Assembly (NCBI GenBank): GCA_049706655.1
Contig: JBNAKM010000003.1
Location: forward strand, 121,587 to 185,586
Direction of reading: 5' to 3'
DNA: 64,000 nt
From: Methanobacterium sp.
GTDB taxonomy: Archaea; Methanobacteriota; Methanobacteria; Methanobacteriales; Methanobacteriaceae
Within the stretch, counting starts at the first letter, position 1. Each line of letters opens with the position of its first letter. Under the pieces are notes generated by a model, which did not search any database, was not told the origin of the DNA, and was given only the letters and a program-made list of their open reading frames with translations. Made by a program: the position numbers and the translations under genes. This document shows positions 34,280 through 46,719 of the stretch, one piece after another.

Positions 34280-34519
34280 TCAAGGATATGACTCATTTTC
34301 TGGAATTACTGAATAATGTTCTTCTACAAAGTATCCCCGGTCACCTAATTCTTTTATAATTTCAACTACATGCCCTAACTGCCTAGTATCTGTAGATCTT
34401 ACCCTAATTGTCTTTTCATTAATGAAAATCTCTCTATCATGTTTTTTATAATCTAGAGCTATTTGACACCATAATCGTTTAGGTACTTGTTCATTATTCA
34501 GTTCAATATATCCCTTCAT
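34280..34519 (-). CDS. 79-aa stand-alone paralog of the response regulator's C-terminal domain
   Basis: 37/67 ungapped identities to the regulator C-terminus, counted by hand; SD AGGAG. Confidence 0.85.
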   Translation of the reverse strand: MKGYIELNNEQVPKRLWCQIALDYKKHDREIFINEKTIRVRSTDTRQLGHVVEIIKELGDRGYFVEEHYSVIPENESYP

Positions 34520-34986
34520 AGTAATGTCTCCTATTTGGGTAAAACTTAATTTTTAACTTGAAATTTATCTGAAATAAAGCAAAAACTGTCCTTTTATCAA
34601 GAATATAGTTATGTTCTGCATAATATAAATTTATTACTAAATATTATTATTAGTGTAATTATGTAAGCAAATAGTTAAACTAAGAATAATAATGTATGTT
34701 GAAATAATTAATTTTAGATAAATCGATCAATATGTCCTCAATGTCAATAAATAGAATTTAAGGAAACTTAAGAAAATATTATGGTATTTTAACGTTAATT
34801 TACGTTTTAATAGGTTTACATTCCCTCAATTCCCTTGCTTTATCACTGTATATTTCAGTTTTACTTGCTTATGATATTTCTTATAGTTATTAACCAAATA
34901 AAGAAAATTATTTTGAAGTAATTTAGAAATATTTAAATCCTAAAAGGTTTATACTCGGTATAGACAAAGAAATTGAAGGGTTTATA

Positions 34987-35304
34987 GTGAATACAGCAAA
35001 AATAGGAAAAGTTTTCATTGTTTTAATGGTTTCACTTGTTGCATTTGGATGTGGATCATTTGCAAACGTATTAAATGCAGGCAATGATGTTACTAATGGT
35101 CTAATACCTTCAACATTTGCATTTTCAAGCAATGAACAGATTTTACAGATAGAAGATCCTTCATTTGAACCAGTTCATATAATGAGACATTTTTACAATA
35201 ACACTACAAATTTAACTAATTCGACTAATCTTAATAGCACTATTAGTTCTACAACTAACCAAACTTCAAAGCCAGTTAATGGAACTAAGAAGAACCAAAA
35301 TTAA
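34987..35304 (+). CDS. Exported or membrane-anchored small protein with Asn/Thr-rich tail
   Basis: N-terminal hydrophobic segment ending AFGC; tail dense in N-x-T sequons. Confidence 0.7.
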   Translation: MNTAKIGKVFIVLMVSLVAFGCGSFANVLNAGNDVTNGLIPSTFAFSSNEQILQIEDPSFEPVHIMRHFYNNTTNLTNSTNLNSTISSTTNQTSKPVNGTKKNQN

Positions 35305-35528
35305 TAATTGAACTTAAATTTATATATTAATGTTCATTAATTAACTTATCATGATTTTTATAAATTTAAAGGAACTAAAACTATCAATATTAAATTTAAA
35401 TCTGTTTAACTAAAGTGATTTAGCTTGTTTTACTATAATTTTACAAAATATAAAATATTTATATAAAATATTAACCAATATTTTTCTAGTCTATTTTAAT
35501 TTAATATTTTTTTGATCTGGAGATCGTT

Positions 35529-38021
35529 ATGATAATTCTACGGAGAAACAAAAAGAACGTTGAAATTTTCCCTATAGGAAGCTCTAAAGGTGCATTAAAT
35601 TCAAGAAGAAAGCCTATTTTTCATGGAAACTTAAAACTTAAACGGGTTAATAATAAAATAAAACCCTATAAATTTATAGTTAAAAAAGGGGATAAAGAAT
35701 CTCTTTTTCCTCCAAGTGAAGCCATAAAAATTCTTAAAAAACAGAATGTTTACATAATTGGCAGTGATCCAGAAATAGAAGAAATGCTGGATTCTTTAAA
35801 TATAAAATATAAAAGAACTAGAATTTGTAAACACTGCACAATGAGTGGACATATTACTATTATAAATCCTGAAATAGCTTATGAGTACCATAAAGATTAT
35901 ATATGTAGAAGATGTGCAGAAGAAGAAATAAAGAGGGAATTAAAGTCTCATTCTTATGATTTAAGTGCATTTAGGAACTTTAAAAATATGCTGGATAAAA
36001 CAGGTGATTTAAATAAAGTTCTAAGTGTATTTAATCCTAATTTTAATCCTATTAAAAATCCAGATTTAACGCTTTATGATAAAGTAGTGGTCAAAGAAGA
36101 AAAACTTTCAAAAATTAGTATTGATGAAATAAATATTCCAAAAGACTTTAAAAAAGTTCTTAAAAAGCAAGGAAAACATCTTCTTCCAGTTCAGGCACTC
36201 GCCCTTTCTAATGGGCTTCTTGAAGGTAATAATCTTCTTGTTGTCTCTGCGACTGCGAGTGGTAAAACCATGATTGGTGAGCTTGCAGGAATACCCAATG
36301 CTCTTAAAGGAAAGAAATTTATATTCTTAACCCCTCTTGTGGCGCTTGCAAATCAAAAATACAGGGATTTTAAAAAAAGATACAGTAAATTAGGTTTAAA
36401 AGTTGCAATTAGAGTTGGAATGAGCAGAATAAATGCTAAAGAGGAATTATCAATAACTGATGAAGATATAAAAACTGCAGATATCATAGTAGGGACATAT
36501 GAAGGGCTTGATTTTCTTATTCGTTCAGGAAAGGCAGATGAACTTGGTAAATTGGGTACAGTTGTTGTTGATGAAATACATATGCTGGATGATGAAGAAA
36601 GGGGACCAAGATTAAACGGACTTTTAGACAGATTAAAATCGCTCTTTAAAGGCACGCAAATTTTAGGTCTTTCTGCAACTGTAAAAAATCCTGAAACTAT
36701 TGCAAAAGAGTTTGGCATGAAATTAGTGCAATATGATAAACGTCCAGTACCTTTAGAAAGACATCTTATTTTTGCAAGGTCAGAATATGATAAGGAAGAT
36801 ATAATGGCCAGATTATCACGTTCTGAATATAAGAATATTTCTGATAAAGGTTATCACGGCCAGACTATTATTTTCACTAATTCAAGAAGGAAAACTCATT
36901 CAATAGCTGATTATTTAACTAAAAGAAGGGTTAATGCTGCAGCTTATCATGCGGGATTATCTTATGCAAAGAAAAACAAGATAGAGCGAGATTTCGGTAA
37001 TCAAAAGATTTCAACTGTAGTTACAACAGCAGCACTTGCAGCAGGAGTTGATTTCCCTGCATCTCAAGTAATATTTGAATCACTTACCATGGGTAACAAG
37101 TGGCTTCGACCTAATGAGTTTTCGCAAATGGTGGGAAGAGCTGGAAGGCCTACATATCATGATGTAGGTAAAATATATCTTATACCTGAAGTTGGAAGGA
37201 AATTCGATGAAGAAACTGAAGATTTTATGGCTGTAAGCTTACTTGAAAGTGATGTAGAGCCAATCAATGTTGAATATACTGAAGAAGCTATTGTTGAGCA
37301 ATTTTTAGCAGATATATCTTCTAGAAGAAGATGCAAAGATGAAGAACTTGAAGTTGCTTATAAAAATAGGGATATTCCACTTACATATGATGAAATATTC
37401 AATATTTTAGTTGATTATGGGTTTGTAGTTGATAATGATGGATATTTATCTGCAACACCATATGGTAAAGCTGTATCAGTTTCTTTTCTTCATTATCAAG
37501 ACGCTAATTATATAAAAAAGAATTTAAAATCACGAAAGCCAATTGACATTGCTTTATCTTTAGAACCCTTTGAAAGCGCTTATATGTCAAATAGAGTTAA
37601 TCGGAGATTAAGTAAGGTGCTAAATATTAATTTATCCTCCAGGTTATTTGCAGATTCAACTTTAGACATATTATCATCTGCTGATGCAATTTCAAAACTT
37701 GAAGAAAATTTGAGAGAACCATTAATTAACATGCAAATTGATTTCTTTTCATGCAGATGTAAGGATAGGCCTTTTTGTTCCTGCTTTCAGATGGAACTTT
37801 CAAGAAGAATTCTTAAAATGAGAATGAATAAAAAAGACCCAGTTGATATCAGTAAAAAGCTTTTAAAGGATTATCAGATTCATATTTATCCTGGAGATGT
37901 ATTTTCTTGGCTAGATTCATTGATAAGAATGCTTGAAGCAATTAAAAGAATAGCGAATGCGTTTAGAGAAAGGAAAGTAGCTAAAGAATGTATAAGACTT
38001 ATAAGGGCAATAGAGAATTAG
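35529..38021 (+). CDS. Archaea-specific Ski2-like SF2 helicase (ASH-Ski2 / COG1202 type)
   Basis: [30 protein letters not shown]; N-terminal CKHC..CRRC and C-terminal [11 protein letters not shown] Cys clusters. Confidence 0.9.
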   Translation: MIILRRNKKNVEIFPIGSSKGALNSRRKPIFHGNLKLKRVNNKIKPYKFIVKKGDKESLFPPSEAIKILKKQNVYIIGSDPEIEEMLDSLNIKYKRTRICKHCTMSGHITIINPEIAYEYHKDYICRRCAEEEIKRELKSHSYDLSAFRNFKNMLDKTGDLNKVLSVFNPNFNPIKNPDLTLYDKVVVKEEKLSKISIDEINIPKDFKKVLKKQGKHLLPVQALALSNGLLEGNNLLVVSATASGKTMIGELAGIPNALKGKKFIFLTPLVALANQKYRDFKKRYSKLGLKVAIRVGMSRINAKEELSITDEDIKTADIIVGTYEGLDFLIRSGKADELGKLGTVVVDEIHMLDDEERGPRLNGLLDRLKSLFKGTQILGLSATVKNPETIAKEFGMKLVQYDKRPVPLERHLIFARSEYDKEDIMARLSRSEYKNISDKGYHGQTIIFTNSRRKTHSIADYLTKRRVNAAAYHAGLSYAKKNKIERDFGNQKISTVVTTAALAAGVDFPASQVIFESLTMGNKWLRPNEFSQMVGRAGRPTYHDVGKIYLIPEVGRKFDEETEDFMAVSLLESDVEPINVEYTEEAIVEQFLADISSRRRCKDEELEVAYKNRDIPLTYDEIFNILVDYGFVVDNDGYLSATPYGKAVSVSFLHYQDANYIKKNLKSRKPIDIALSLEPFESAYMSNRVNRRLSKVLNINLSSRLFADSTLDILSSADAISKLEENLREPLINMQIDFFSCRCKDRPFCSCFQMELSRRILKMRMNKKDPVDISKKLLKDYQIHIYPGDVFSWLDSLIRMLEAIKRIANAFRERKVAKECIRLIRAIEN

Positions 38022-38707
38022 TTTATTATTTTTTTTATGTCCCTAATTATACTTTCTAAGCTCTCTTCAATGAGTAAATTCCCTAATTCTTCATCAATAC
38101 ATACTCCTTCATTTTTAACGGATTTTGCGCCGTTATTAATTCCTTCATCGGCCTTTCTAGCTTCTTTAAGACCAACCATTCCTACTTCTGGATATTTATC
38201 AAAATCACAGTGCTTATCTAATTTTGATTTATCTAAGAAACCTAAAATACTGGCTATGGATATTTCACCTGTTCCGGCATGCGGACCTTCTATTTCCACT
38301 ATTTTATTGTTAAAAATAATCTGGAGATTTAATTCTTTTTCAATTTCTTCAATATAATCAATAAGAGGTATATTTCCACCGTGTCCGTTTACAATAACTA
38401 CTTTTTTAATATTTAAACATTTTTTTGCACTTTTAAGTGTAGGAAGTAATCTTTTTCTTGCTAAAGTTTCTGCATCTATGTGAATCCCATGATTTACATA
38501 CTCATATTCCGTTGCTGCATATAATATCCCTAAGAATTTTGCGCCGCTTCTTAAAGCTGCTTGAAGGGCTAGATGAGCTGCAATTTTAGAATCAGTATCA
38601 ATTGGCAATGCAGCTCCATGATTTTCAAGATGGGAGCCAATTGCAAGAATTCCAATTTCATGTACTTTTGGAGAAATAACATTACCTGAGGAGTAGTTAA
38701 GTTTCAT
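38018..38707 (-). CDS. arfB: FAPy deformylase ArfB (creatininase family, riboflavin/F420 pathway)
   Basis: [29 protein letters not shown]; convergent 4-nt overlap with the helicase. Confidence 0.85.
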   Translation of the reverse strand: MKLNYSSGNVISPKVHEIGILAIGSHLENHGAALPIDTDSKIAAHLALQAALRSGAKFLGILYAATEYEYVNHGIHIDAETLARKRLLPTLKSAKKCLNIKKVVIVNGHGGNIPLIDYIEEIEKELNLQIIFNNKIVEIEGPHAGTGEISIASILGFLDKSKLDKHCDFDKYPEVGMVGLKEARKADEGINNGAKSVKNEGVCIDEELGNLLIEESLESIIRDIKKIIN

Positions 38708-38725
38708 TGTCTCACTCTACTATTT

Positions 38726-39202
38726 TTATATTGTTAGATTCCACAACTTGTCCCCAATATAATGAATAGTTTTTATAGCTTTACCTTCATTGCTTTCAAC
38801 CATTTCAGGGCCTGAAATAAGGGCTTTACCTGTTGCAAGTGGCTTTTTATGGTTTTCGTCAATAATTATAACCAGGTCCCCTTCTTTAACTTCTGGATCA
38901 GTTTCTGTAATTCCAGGGCTCATTACGTCTGCCCCTTTAGCTACAAACCTCACTGCTCCCATGTCAACAACAACGTATTTATGGTCTATTTCAAGTTCTA
39001 ATGCACCTTTTAAAGTTGGGAAGTAAGTATCATCAATGGTCATAACAAGGGGTTTCCCATCTATTAATATTATGTCATAAAGGTCGCTTTCAAGGATTTC
39101 AACTTTGCTTTTTGGTTGAATTAAAGTGGAATAATCTCCTAATTCATTCATTAACTTTTTTAATTTCTTTTTTTGAAGGTGGTATCTTTTCCTTATTTTC
39201 AA
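38726..39202 (-). CDS. PUA-domain RNA-binding protein
   Basis: [37 protein letters not shown]; TTG start behind AGGTGA. Confidence 0.92.
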   Translation of the reverse strand: MKIRKRYHLQKKKLKKLMNELGDYSTLIQPKSKVEILESDLYDIILIDGKPLVMTIDDTYFPTLKGALELEIDHKYVVVDMGAVRFVAKGADVMSPGITETDPEVKEGDLVIIIDENHKKPLATGKALISGPEMVESNEGKAIKTIHYIGDKLWNLTI

Positions 39203-39604
39203 TTTTTCACCTGAGAAATTTCTATATTTAAATTGATAATTGTAATAAAAAAATCTATTGTAGTTTATAGATTAATAAAATAATATAACTTTATTTTTAA
39301 ATAAATTACATTAATATATCACATTATGGCTTATTAAATAATTTTGAAGTTAGTTATTAAAATTGTTCAATAATGGTAGTTTATTATACCAAAAGCTTTT
39401 TAAGAGGGATTGTTATAAAGAATAACTTAATAATTCTTCATTAACTATATTTTAAAATACAAAAACTATTATATATGAAAATCTGTAAAAAAATAGAATT
39501 GATCAACTCAAATAGCAATGGTTTAAATGCTTTAATTAACATAAATATTGCTATATTTTTTAATTAAAAGATACATTTAAATATACACATCAACATTGAT
39601 ATGA

Positions 39605-39865
<261 letters not shown>

Positions 39866-39950
39866 ACTTTAAAATATATTAAATAGCTAATTTTAATATC
39901 AAACAATTGAAATTTGATTAACTTACTAAAATTTTAAGGAGGATTAATAA

Positions 39951-40133
39951 ATGAAGGGAACGCCATCATTTGGTAAGCGTAATAAAAAGACCCACATAAG
40001 ATGTAGAAGATGTGGTAAAAATTCTTATCATGCAAGGAAAAAATACTGCGCAGCATGTGGCTTTGGTAGATCTGCAAAAGTCAGGAAATACAGCTGGCAG
40101 AATAAAAAACTAAATGGATATAGGTTGAAATAG
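39951..40133 (+). CDS. rpl37e: 50S ribosomal protein L37e
   Basis: [31 protein letters not shown]. Confidence 0.98.
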   Translation: MKGTPSFGKRNKKTHIRCRRCGKNSYHARKKYCAACGFGRSAKVRKYSWQNKKLNGYRLK

Positions 40134-40973
40134 ATGGATGTTAAAAATCCAATTGATGTACGAATAATTGTAGAAGGTGCATCAGATGTGGAAAGCATTT
40201 CTAAAGCTATGCGTAATATAGCTTTGGGGGCTGAATACCACATTACTATATCCTCTATAATACCCACTACAAGTTCAGAAATAGCAAAAAGAGCTGTAAG
40301 TGGTGCAGATATTGTTTTAATTGCAACTGATGTCGATGCTCCAGGACGTGAACTCGCTGAAAAGTTCCAAAAAATTCTAAAAGATGAAGTTGGACATATA
40401 GAACGAGTTAAACTTCCGTTTGGACATGATGTTGAATATATAGATCCTTATATAATACAGAATGAAATAAAAAATGCAATAATAAGGTCTGGATTAATTT
40501 CTGTAGCTAATATTAAAGAATTTAAAGAGCTTAAAAATAATTTAAAAGAATCTAAAGAAAATATTAAAGGTTTAGCTCAACAAAATAAGGATTTAGATAA
40601 CCTCAATAATACGCTTTCATCTGAAATTGAGAAAGCAAAAGAAGAAATTAATGCTTCTAATAATAAGTTAGAATTATTAAATAATAACTATAATGAGTTA
40701 AAAGAATCATTTAATTCATTAAAATCTAAATTTGAAGAATCAAGGAACAAAAAGCTGTATGAAGTGTTTTCCATAGAAGAACTATGGGAAGAATCTTTTA
40801 ATGAAAAATTGAAAGATACTGAACAGATTTATTTTATAAGTAATGAATTCAAGCCAGAAAATATAGTAGTTGGCCAAAATAGAATTGCTGCATCAAATAA
40901 AGAAGATGCTATTGAATGGCTTAAAGTAATAAGAGTAGCTCTAATTTTTGAGAATTCTAAAAGAGATAATTAA
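40134..40973 (+). CDS. Toprim-domain protein with long coiled coil
   Basis: IIVEGASD and IATDVDAPG Toprim motifs, then heptad-rich region. Confidence 0.85.
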   Translation: MDVKNPIDVRIIVEGASDVESISKAMRNIALGAEYHITISSIIPTTSSEIAKRAVSGADIVLIATDVDAPGRELAEKFQKILKDEVGHIERVKLPFGHDVEYIDPYIIQNEIKNAIIRSGLISVANIKEFKELKNNLKESKENIKGLAQQNKDLDNLNNTLSSEIEKAKEEINASNNKLELLNNNYNELKESFNSLKSKFEESRNKKLYEVFSIEELWEESFNEKLKDTEQIYFISNEFKPENIVVGQNRIAASNKEDAIEWLKVIRVALIFENSKRDN

Positions 40974-41086
40974 AAAAATAATTTATGATGAAAAAATTTA
41001 ATTATTATCAACAAATTAAGTTTAACTGTATAAATTTAATTCATTTTCATTTAAAAACATTTCTAGAGAAAATAGGAGAATCCAAA

Positions 41087-42496
41087 TTGCGGGATAAATG
41101 CGGAATTGTAGGTGCATATTCTCATAATAAATCCAACAATGTCTCAAGAGCCATTTATTATGGTCTTTATGCATTACAACATAGGGGACAAGAATCAGCC
41201 GGAATTTCAGTGTACAGTGGAAAAGAAGTGAGTACCTATAGAGGTATGGGTCTCGTTTGCGACGTGTTTAACAATGGAAACATGGAAGGGCTTGATGGTT
41301 ATGTTGGAATTGGACATGTGAGATATTCAACTACAGGAAAATCAAAAATAGAAAATTCACAACCATTTTTTGAAGAATTTGATTATGGAACTATTGCTGT
41401 TGCCCATAATGGAGATATTATTAATTCTATGGAACTTAGAGCAGAACTGGAACAGCAGGGTTATGAATTTAAATCATCAACTGATTCTGAAGTTATATGC
41501 CATTTACTTACCAAAAAATACAAAAAAACAAAAGATATGGTAACTGCTATTAAAGAAGTGGCAAAAAGACTCATTGGTTCTTATGCACTTGTTATTTTAT
41601 TAAATAATGAATTATATGCAGTTAGAGATCCAGTGGGAATAAAACCACTTTCACTAGGTAAAATTGATGATATGCTGTTAATTGGTTCTGAAAGCGTTGC
41701 CTTTGATGTTTTAGGTGGTGAATATGTTCGCGCTGTAAAACCTGGCGAAATTCTTTTAATTGGCGATGAATTAAAGAGCTTTAAGATGGAAAATAAAGGA
41801 AAAGTCAAAAGAGCTCACTGTATGTTTGAATATGTTTATTTTGCAAGACCTGACAGCGTACTGGATGATAGAGATGTTTATCAGGTTCGTTTAAATATTG
41901 GAAAGGCGCTTTCGAGGGAATATCCTGCAGATGCAGAAGTTGTAATGCCTGTTCCTGATTCCGCAATTACTGCTTCTATAGGTTATTCAAGAGAATCTGG
42001 AATTCCTTATGGAGAGGGATTGATTAAAAATCGTTATGTTGGCAGAACTTTCATTATGCCAACTCAAAAAGAGCGTGAAAATTCAGTAAGACTTAAAATG
42101 AACCCTGTTAAATCAGAACTTAAAGGCAAAAAAATTGTGCTAATAGATGATAGTATAGTACGTGGAACAACTTCCAAAGCAACAGTTAATGTTCTTAAAG
42201 AAGCAGGGGCTAAAGAAATCCATTTAAGAATAGGATGCCCTCCAATAATATCCCCCTGTTATTATGGAATAGCAATGGCAACTAAAAAAGAGCTTATAGC
42301 ATCAAATAAGGAAATTGAAGAGATTAGGGAATATTTAGGTGTAGATTCACTTGGATATTTGAGTGTTGATGCACTTGTTAAATCTATAGGCATACCTAAG
42401 AATGAACTTTGTACGGGATGCCTTACAGGGGAATATCCTACAGATTTACCTGCTGATATCGAGGATTATGAAGCTAAACGTTGTACATGTCCTTAA
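41087..42496 (+). CDS. purF: Amidophosphoribosyltransferase
   Basis: (M)RDKCGIVG Ntn start, [24 protein letters not shown], Fe-S cysteines; TTG at 41087 behind AGGAG is preferred over the track's 40985. Confidence 0.97.
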   Translation: MRDKCGIVGAYSHNKSNNVSRAIYYGLYALQHRGQESAGISVYSGKEVSTYRGMGLVCDVFNNGNMEGLDGYVGIGHVRYSTTGKSKIENSQPFFEEFDYGTIAVAHNGDIINSMELRAELEQQGYEFKSSTDSEVICHLLTKKYKKTKDMVTAIKEVAKRLIGSYALVILLNNELYAVRDPVGIKPLSLGKIDDMLLIGSESVAFDVLGGEYVRAVKPGEILLIGDELKSFKMENKGKVKRAHCMFEYVYFARPDSVLDDRDVYQVRLNIGKALSREYPADAEVVMPVPDSAITASIGYSRESGIPYGEGLIKNRYVGRTFIMPTQKERENSVRLKMNPVKSELKGKKIVLIDDSIVRGTTSKATVNVLKEAGAKEIHLRIGCPPIISPCYYGIAMATKKELIASNKEIEEIREYLGVDSLGYLSVDALVKSIGIPKNELCTGCLTGEYPTDLPADIEDYEAKRCTCP

Positions 42497-42576
42497 TTTT
42501 TATTTACTTTATAAACTCATTTAATTTATTTTACTTATTTTTAGTATAATTTAAATTTTAAACTCATAAATTAGTA

Positions 42577-43776
42577 ATGGTGATTAGAATAGTTGAATTA
42601 CTTGCTCCAGCACGTGATTTTGTTGCATTAAATGCTGCAATTAAAAATGGCGCGGATTCTGTTTATGTGGGAATAGAAGGATGCAATATGAGAGCTAATG
42701 TCTCAAATTTCACTCTTGAAACCCTTAAAGATGCTGTAAATCAATGTCATGACTCTAATAAGAAGATATATGTTTGTACTAATACTATAATGAAAAATAA
42801 AGATATTGATTATTTTAAGGAAATATTACCTGTTATTCATTCTTATAATGTGGATGCATTAATTATTTCTGACCTTGGAGCACTTAAACTTGCAAGAGAT
42901 GAAGGTGTTGATGTTCACATGAGCATTCAATCTAATATTTCTAATTTTGAGTCGCTTAATTTGCTTGAGGAGCTTGGAGTTAAACGAGTAGTTCTTTCAA
43001 GGGAATTATCACTTCCTGAAATTAATGAGATCTCAAAGAATACTAATATAGAGATTGAAACGTTTATTCATGGGGCAATGTGTGTTGCAGTTTCTGGAAG
43101 ATGTTTTTTAAGTTCATCACTCTATAACAAAAGTGCAAATTGTGGTGAATGTTTACAGCCTTGTAGAAAAAGCTGGAAATTAATTTCTGAAGATGATGAA
43201 AAATTTAATTTAGTTCAAACTGAAAATGAAAGCCATATTTTAAGTCCGAAAGATCTTTGTATGGTAAAACATGTTCCTGAACTTATTGAATCTGGGATTG
43301 ATGCATTTAAAATTGAAGGAAGGGCAAGACCTGCTGATTATGTTGCTACAGTTACAAAAACTTATCGTAAAGCTATTAATTCTTATGAAAGTGGAAACTG
43401 GAAATTCGATGAAAAATGGGTTGAGGAACTTAAAAAAGTCTTTAATAGGGGCTTTGAAACTGGTTTTTACTTTAAAACTCCTTTTAAAACAAGTGAGTAT
43501 AATGAAGCTACTTATATCAAAAAAGATATAGGAGCTGTGGTTAATTATTATAAAAACGTTTTTGCAGCTGAAATTAGGCTATGGGATAACCTTAAATTAG
43601 GTGATGAAATTATAATTCAGGGAAATAAAACTGGATCAATAATTCAAATTGTTAAATCAATGCAAATTGAAGGTAAAAATATCGAAAGTGCAAAAAAAGG
43701 TCAAAGTGTTGGATTATTGATTGAGCATAAAGTTAGGCCTAATGATATTGTTTATAAAAGAATTAAAAAAGAATAA
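42577..43776 (+). CDS. U32 peptidase family protein
   Basis: [46 protein letters not shown]. Confidence 0.93.
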   Translation: MVIRIVELLAPARDFVALNAAIKNGADSVYVGIEGCNMRANVSNFTLETLKDAVNQCHDSNKKIYVCTNTIMKNKDIDYFKEILPVIHSYNVDALIISDLGALKLARDEGVDVHMSIQSNISNFESLNLLEELGVKRVVLSRELSLPEINEISKNTNIEIETFIHGAMCVAVSGRCFLSSSLYNKSANCGECLQPCRKSWKLISEDDEKFNLVQTENESHILSPKDLCMVKHVPELIESGIDAFKIEGRARPADYVATVTKTYRKAINSYESGNWKFDEKWVEELKKVFNRGFETGFYFKTPFKTSEYNEATYIKKDIGAVVNYYKNVFAAEIRLWDNLKLGDEIIIQGNKTGSIIQIVKSMQIEGKNIESAKKGQSVGLLIEHKVRPNDIVYKRIKKE

Positions 43777-43862
43777 ATCAATGGTTAAATTTTTAATTTT
43801 CTATTTCTGTCGAATATTGTTTTTAAACAATTAAAAAAGAATAATTAGGTTTTAAAAGATTA

Positions 43863-44072
43863 CTAATTTCTTATTTCTTCTTGAAATTGGTTAAATAAGC
43901 TCATTATAGTTTCTGAAGCATAAAAACTGAAGTGAATATAAATTTTATCTATTCTGGTTATTTCAATTTCTTTATATTTTATTTTATATTTGTTTAAAAA
44001 AGCTACTGCTTTATCTTTATCTTCAATGGGCAGATAAATTGATACAAGATCTCCATGAAATTCTAATTTCAT
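43863..44072 (-). CDS. Small hypothetical protein
   Basis: 69-aa ORF from ATG 44072 behind GGAG; fills the gap between genes. Confidence 0.6.
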   Translation of the reverse strand: MKLEFHGDLVSIYLPIEDKDKAVAFLNKYKIKYKEIEITRIDKIYIHFSFYASETIMSLFNQFQEEIRN

Positions 44073-44300
44073 TATTCTCTCCAATTTTATACTTTTTTTG
44101 ATTTAATAGGGTTTATCTATTTCATCATTAAATATTCTTTAATAGTATTTTATTTTAATTAAATATCTATCTATACTAAATAATTCAAAAAATTTAACTA
44201 AATAAAGTTTAATTGAGCAATTAAAAGAAAAATAGTCCTTATAATCTCTATATTAAGTTAATATTAAAAATAAAAGGAATGTAAGATTAAAAAGAGTAAA

Positions 44301-45767
44301 TTATTTACTTTCTACTCCTTCTAACTCACTTTTCAATGTTTCTGCATCATTTTCATCTAAAGACATTTCTTTAAGGAAAAAGGCAAGGATTAGAGCTACA
44401 AATGCAAGTATTATAGATGCCATGAATACATTCTGTATAGAAATAGCTAAAACTTCTTGTTGAGTTAAATTAATTGAGCTTGACATAGTTGAATTTACTA
44501 TATATCCAAATACTGGAATCGCTACAGTTGCTCCAACATTCCTGAAAAATTGCATAGCAGCAGTTGTTATTCCTATTTCCCTTAATGAAAATGCATTTTG
44601 TACGCTAATTGTAAATACTGTATACATCATCCCAGAACCTAAACCAAGGATTGTTGAATACGCAACTAATGTATAATGAGACGTATTAGGGGTCATTGTA
44701 GCAAGAAGAATTAATCCAACCCCTGTAATAATAAATTCTGCAATAGCAAGTTTCTTATATTTTCCAGTTCTTGAAATGATTTGTCCCGCAATATTAGAAG
44801 CTATAGTAAGACTTATTAACATAGGAATCATTAATAACCCTGAATTTGTAGCACTCATCCCTATAACATTTTGAGCAAATAATGGAACATAAACTATGCC
44901 TCCAAATATTATCGCAGTTGCTAAAAAATTTTCTACACTGGAAATAGTGAATGTTGAGTTATTAAATAAATACAATGGTAGAATTGGTTCTTCTGCCCTT
45001 TTTTCAGCTATAATAAACAATATAAACATTAAAGCTGCAAATATGAATAATCCAATTATTTCAGCTAAAAGAGATGTATTAAGGTCTCTTGCAAGTGTTA
45101 ATCCAAGGAAAAAAGCGCTCATTCCTAAAGAAAATGTTATGATTCCAGAGTAATCAATAATTTTTTTCACGCCTTCTAATTTAAAATTTGGAAGTGAATA
45201 CATTAGTATTGTTACTGCAGCTATTCCCACAGGTACATTTACAAAAAATATCCATCTCCATCCTATTGTATCAGTAATTACTCCACCCAATATAGGTCCA
45301 AGAACACTTGAAATTCCAAAAACAGATGCAAGTATTCCCATGTATTTTCCTCGTTCTTGAGGACTAAAGACTTCTCCAACAACAATAAATGGAAGTGATA
45401 TTAATATTCCTCCTCCAATTCCCTGAAGACCTCTAAATATAATTAATTCAAACATATTAGTGGCAAAACCGCACATAATAGATGTTATAACGAATATGGT
45501 AATTCCACCTATTATAACTGGTTTTCGGCCGTAGATATCAGATAGTTTTCCAAAAAGGATTATGGCAATGGTTGATGTTAACATATACGATGTAAAAGGC
45601 CACACGTAATATTCCATCCCTTGTAAATTACCAATAATCCGGGGCATTGCTGTACTTATAATTGAATTATCAAGAGCAGCTACGAGGAGTCCTACCATTA
45701 GTCCTGCCATTATCATGATTATTTTATGTTTTGTAAGGTTATACTGGCTTTTATAATAGTTCATCAT
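44301..45767 (-). CDS. MFS drug:H+ antiporter (DHA2, EmrB/QacA type)
   Basis: LDNSIISTAMP, GKLSDIYGRK, FRGLQGIGGG, GPILGG, WRWIFFVNVP. Confidence 0.95.
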   Translation of the reverse strand: MMNYYKSQYNLTKHKIIMIMAGLMVGLLVAALDNSIISTAMPRIIGNLQGMEYYVWPFTSYMLTSTIAIILFGKLSDIYGRKPVIIGGITIFVITSIMCGFATNMFELIIFRGLQGIGGGILISLPFIVVGEVFSPQERGKYMGILASVFGISSVLGPILGGVITDTIGWRWIFFVNVPVGIAAVTILMYSLPNFKLEGVKKIIDYSGIITFSLGMSAFFLGLTLARDLNTSLLAEIIGLFIFAALMFILFIIAEKRAEEPILPLYLFNNSTFTISSVENFLATAIIFGGIVYVPLFAQNVIGMSATNSGLLMIPMLISLTIASNIAGQIISRTGKYKKLAIAEFIITGVGLILLATMTPNTSHYTLVAYSTILGLGSGMMYTVFTISVQNAFSLREIGITTAAMQFFRNVGATVAIPVFGYIVNSTMSSSINLTQQEVLAISIQNVFMASIILAFVALILAFFLKEMSLDENDAETLKSELEGVESK

Positions 45768-45768
45768 A

Positions 45769-46224
45769 TCACTTGTGGTTCATTTTTAAAACTAGTTCTT
45801 TTATATTTTTTAAAGATTCATTGAGTATTTTTATCTCTTCTTCATCAAGACTAGAAAGATTTTCGGAAATGTTTTTCTCTACAGATTTCCGTCCGTCATA
45901 TAGAAATATTTTACCTTCTTCAGTTATTTCTATATTGATTATTCTTCGATCATCTGTGCTGCGTACCCTCTTAACCATTTTATCATTTACCAGTTTATCA
46001 ATTAACGTTGTCATATTTGGTTTAGATATGTAGAGCATTTTTCCAATTTTAGATATTGGCAGTGGACCTTCAGTTATTAGAGTTCCAAGAATTTGATAAT
46101 ATCCAGTAGGTTTAGCATATTTTAAATTTTTTTTATTCTGTATTGAGGTTTTGATCTTTCTATAAAACAGAGGATAGTAAATTAGAATATTATCTACCAT
46201 GTTTTCAAATTCTTTAAGTTTCAT
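45769..46224 (-). CDS. MarR-family transcriptional regulator
   Basis: ISKPNMTTLIDKLV, RSTDDRRII.ITEEG; immediately upstream of the MFS gene. Confidence 0.93.
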   Translation of the reverse strand: MKLKEFENMVDNILIYYPLFYRKIKTSIQNKKNLKYAKPTGYYQILGTLITEGPLPISKIGKMLYISKPNMTTLIDKLVNDKMVKRVRSTDDRRIINIEITEEGKIFLYDGRKSVEKNISENLSSLDEEEIKILNESLKNIKELVLKMNHK

Positions 46225-46719
46225 ATGATCTATCCAATAGTTTATTTTTATAATGATTATATACTATAACTATTATATTAATTAACTGTTATATTTATAA
46301 ACTTTCCTGATGATAAAATTACAATTAATAGGTATATTTTAAAATTTCCTATTATGTGAAGTTTTTAGAAAAAGGCGTTTTTTATTATGCAGATATATAT
46401 GTTATTGCTCATTTTCAATAACTTTTAAGAAAAATAAATTCATTTTATATTGAATATTTAAATTTCAATTAATTTTCTGAAGAAAAATTAAATTTTACTT
46501 CGTCATATGGTAATTTAACGAAATTCATAATTAAAATTAATAAAAATATTTTTCTTCCTTTTCGTTTGAAGTAATAATCTCTAATCTACTTATTTTCAAA
46601 ATATCCATTTATTTTTGTATTATAGTTTTATAGGAAATATTTAAGAATATGGTTATCCTTAATCTTTATAGATAGATTATGATTTTTATTTGATTAAAGA
46701 GTACATATGGAGTGATAAT

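Noticed and set aside
40985-41086. N-terminal extension of PurF given by the ORF track
   Set aside because: AT-rich, intergenic-like sequence; the SD and TTG at 41087 place the catalytic Cys near the N-terminus as Ntn enzymes require.
46235-46305. Repeated TTAT-N4/5-ATAA dyads upstream of the MarR gene
   Set aside because: Plausible MarR boxes, but spacing is inconsistent and they cannot be told from AT-rich background by eye.
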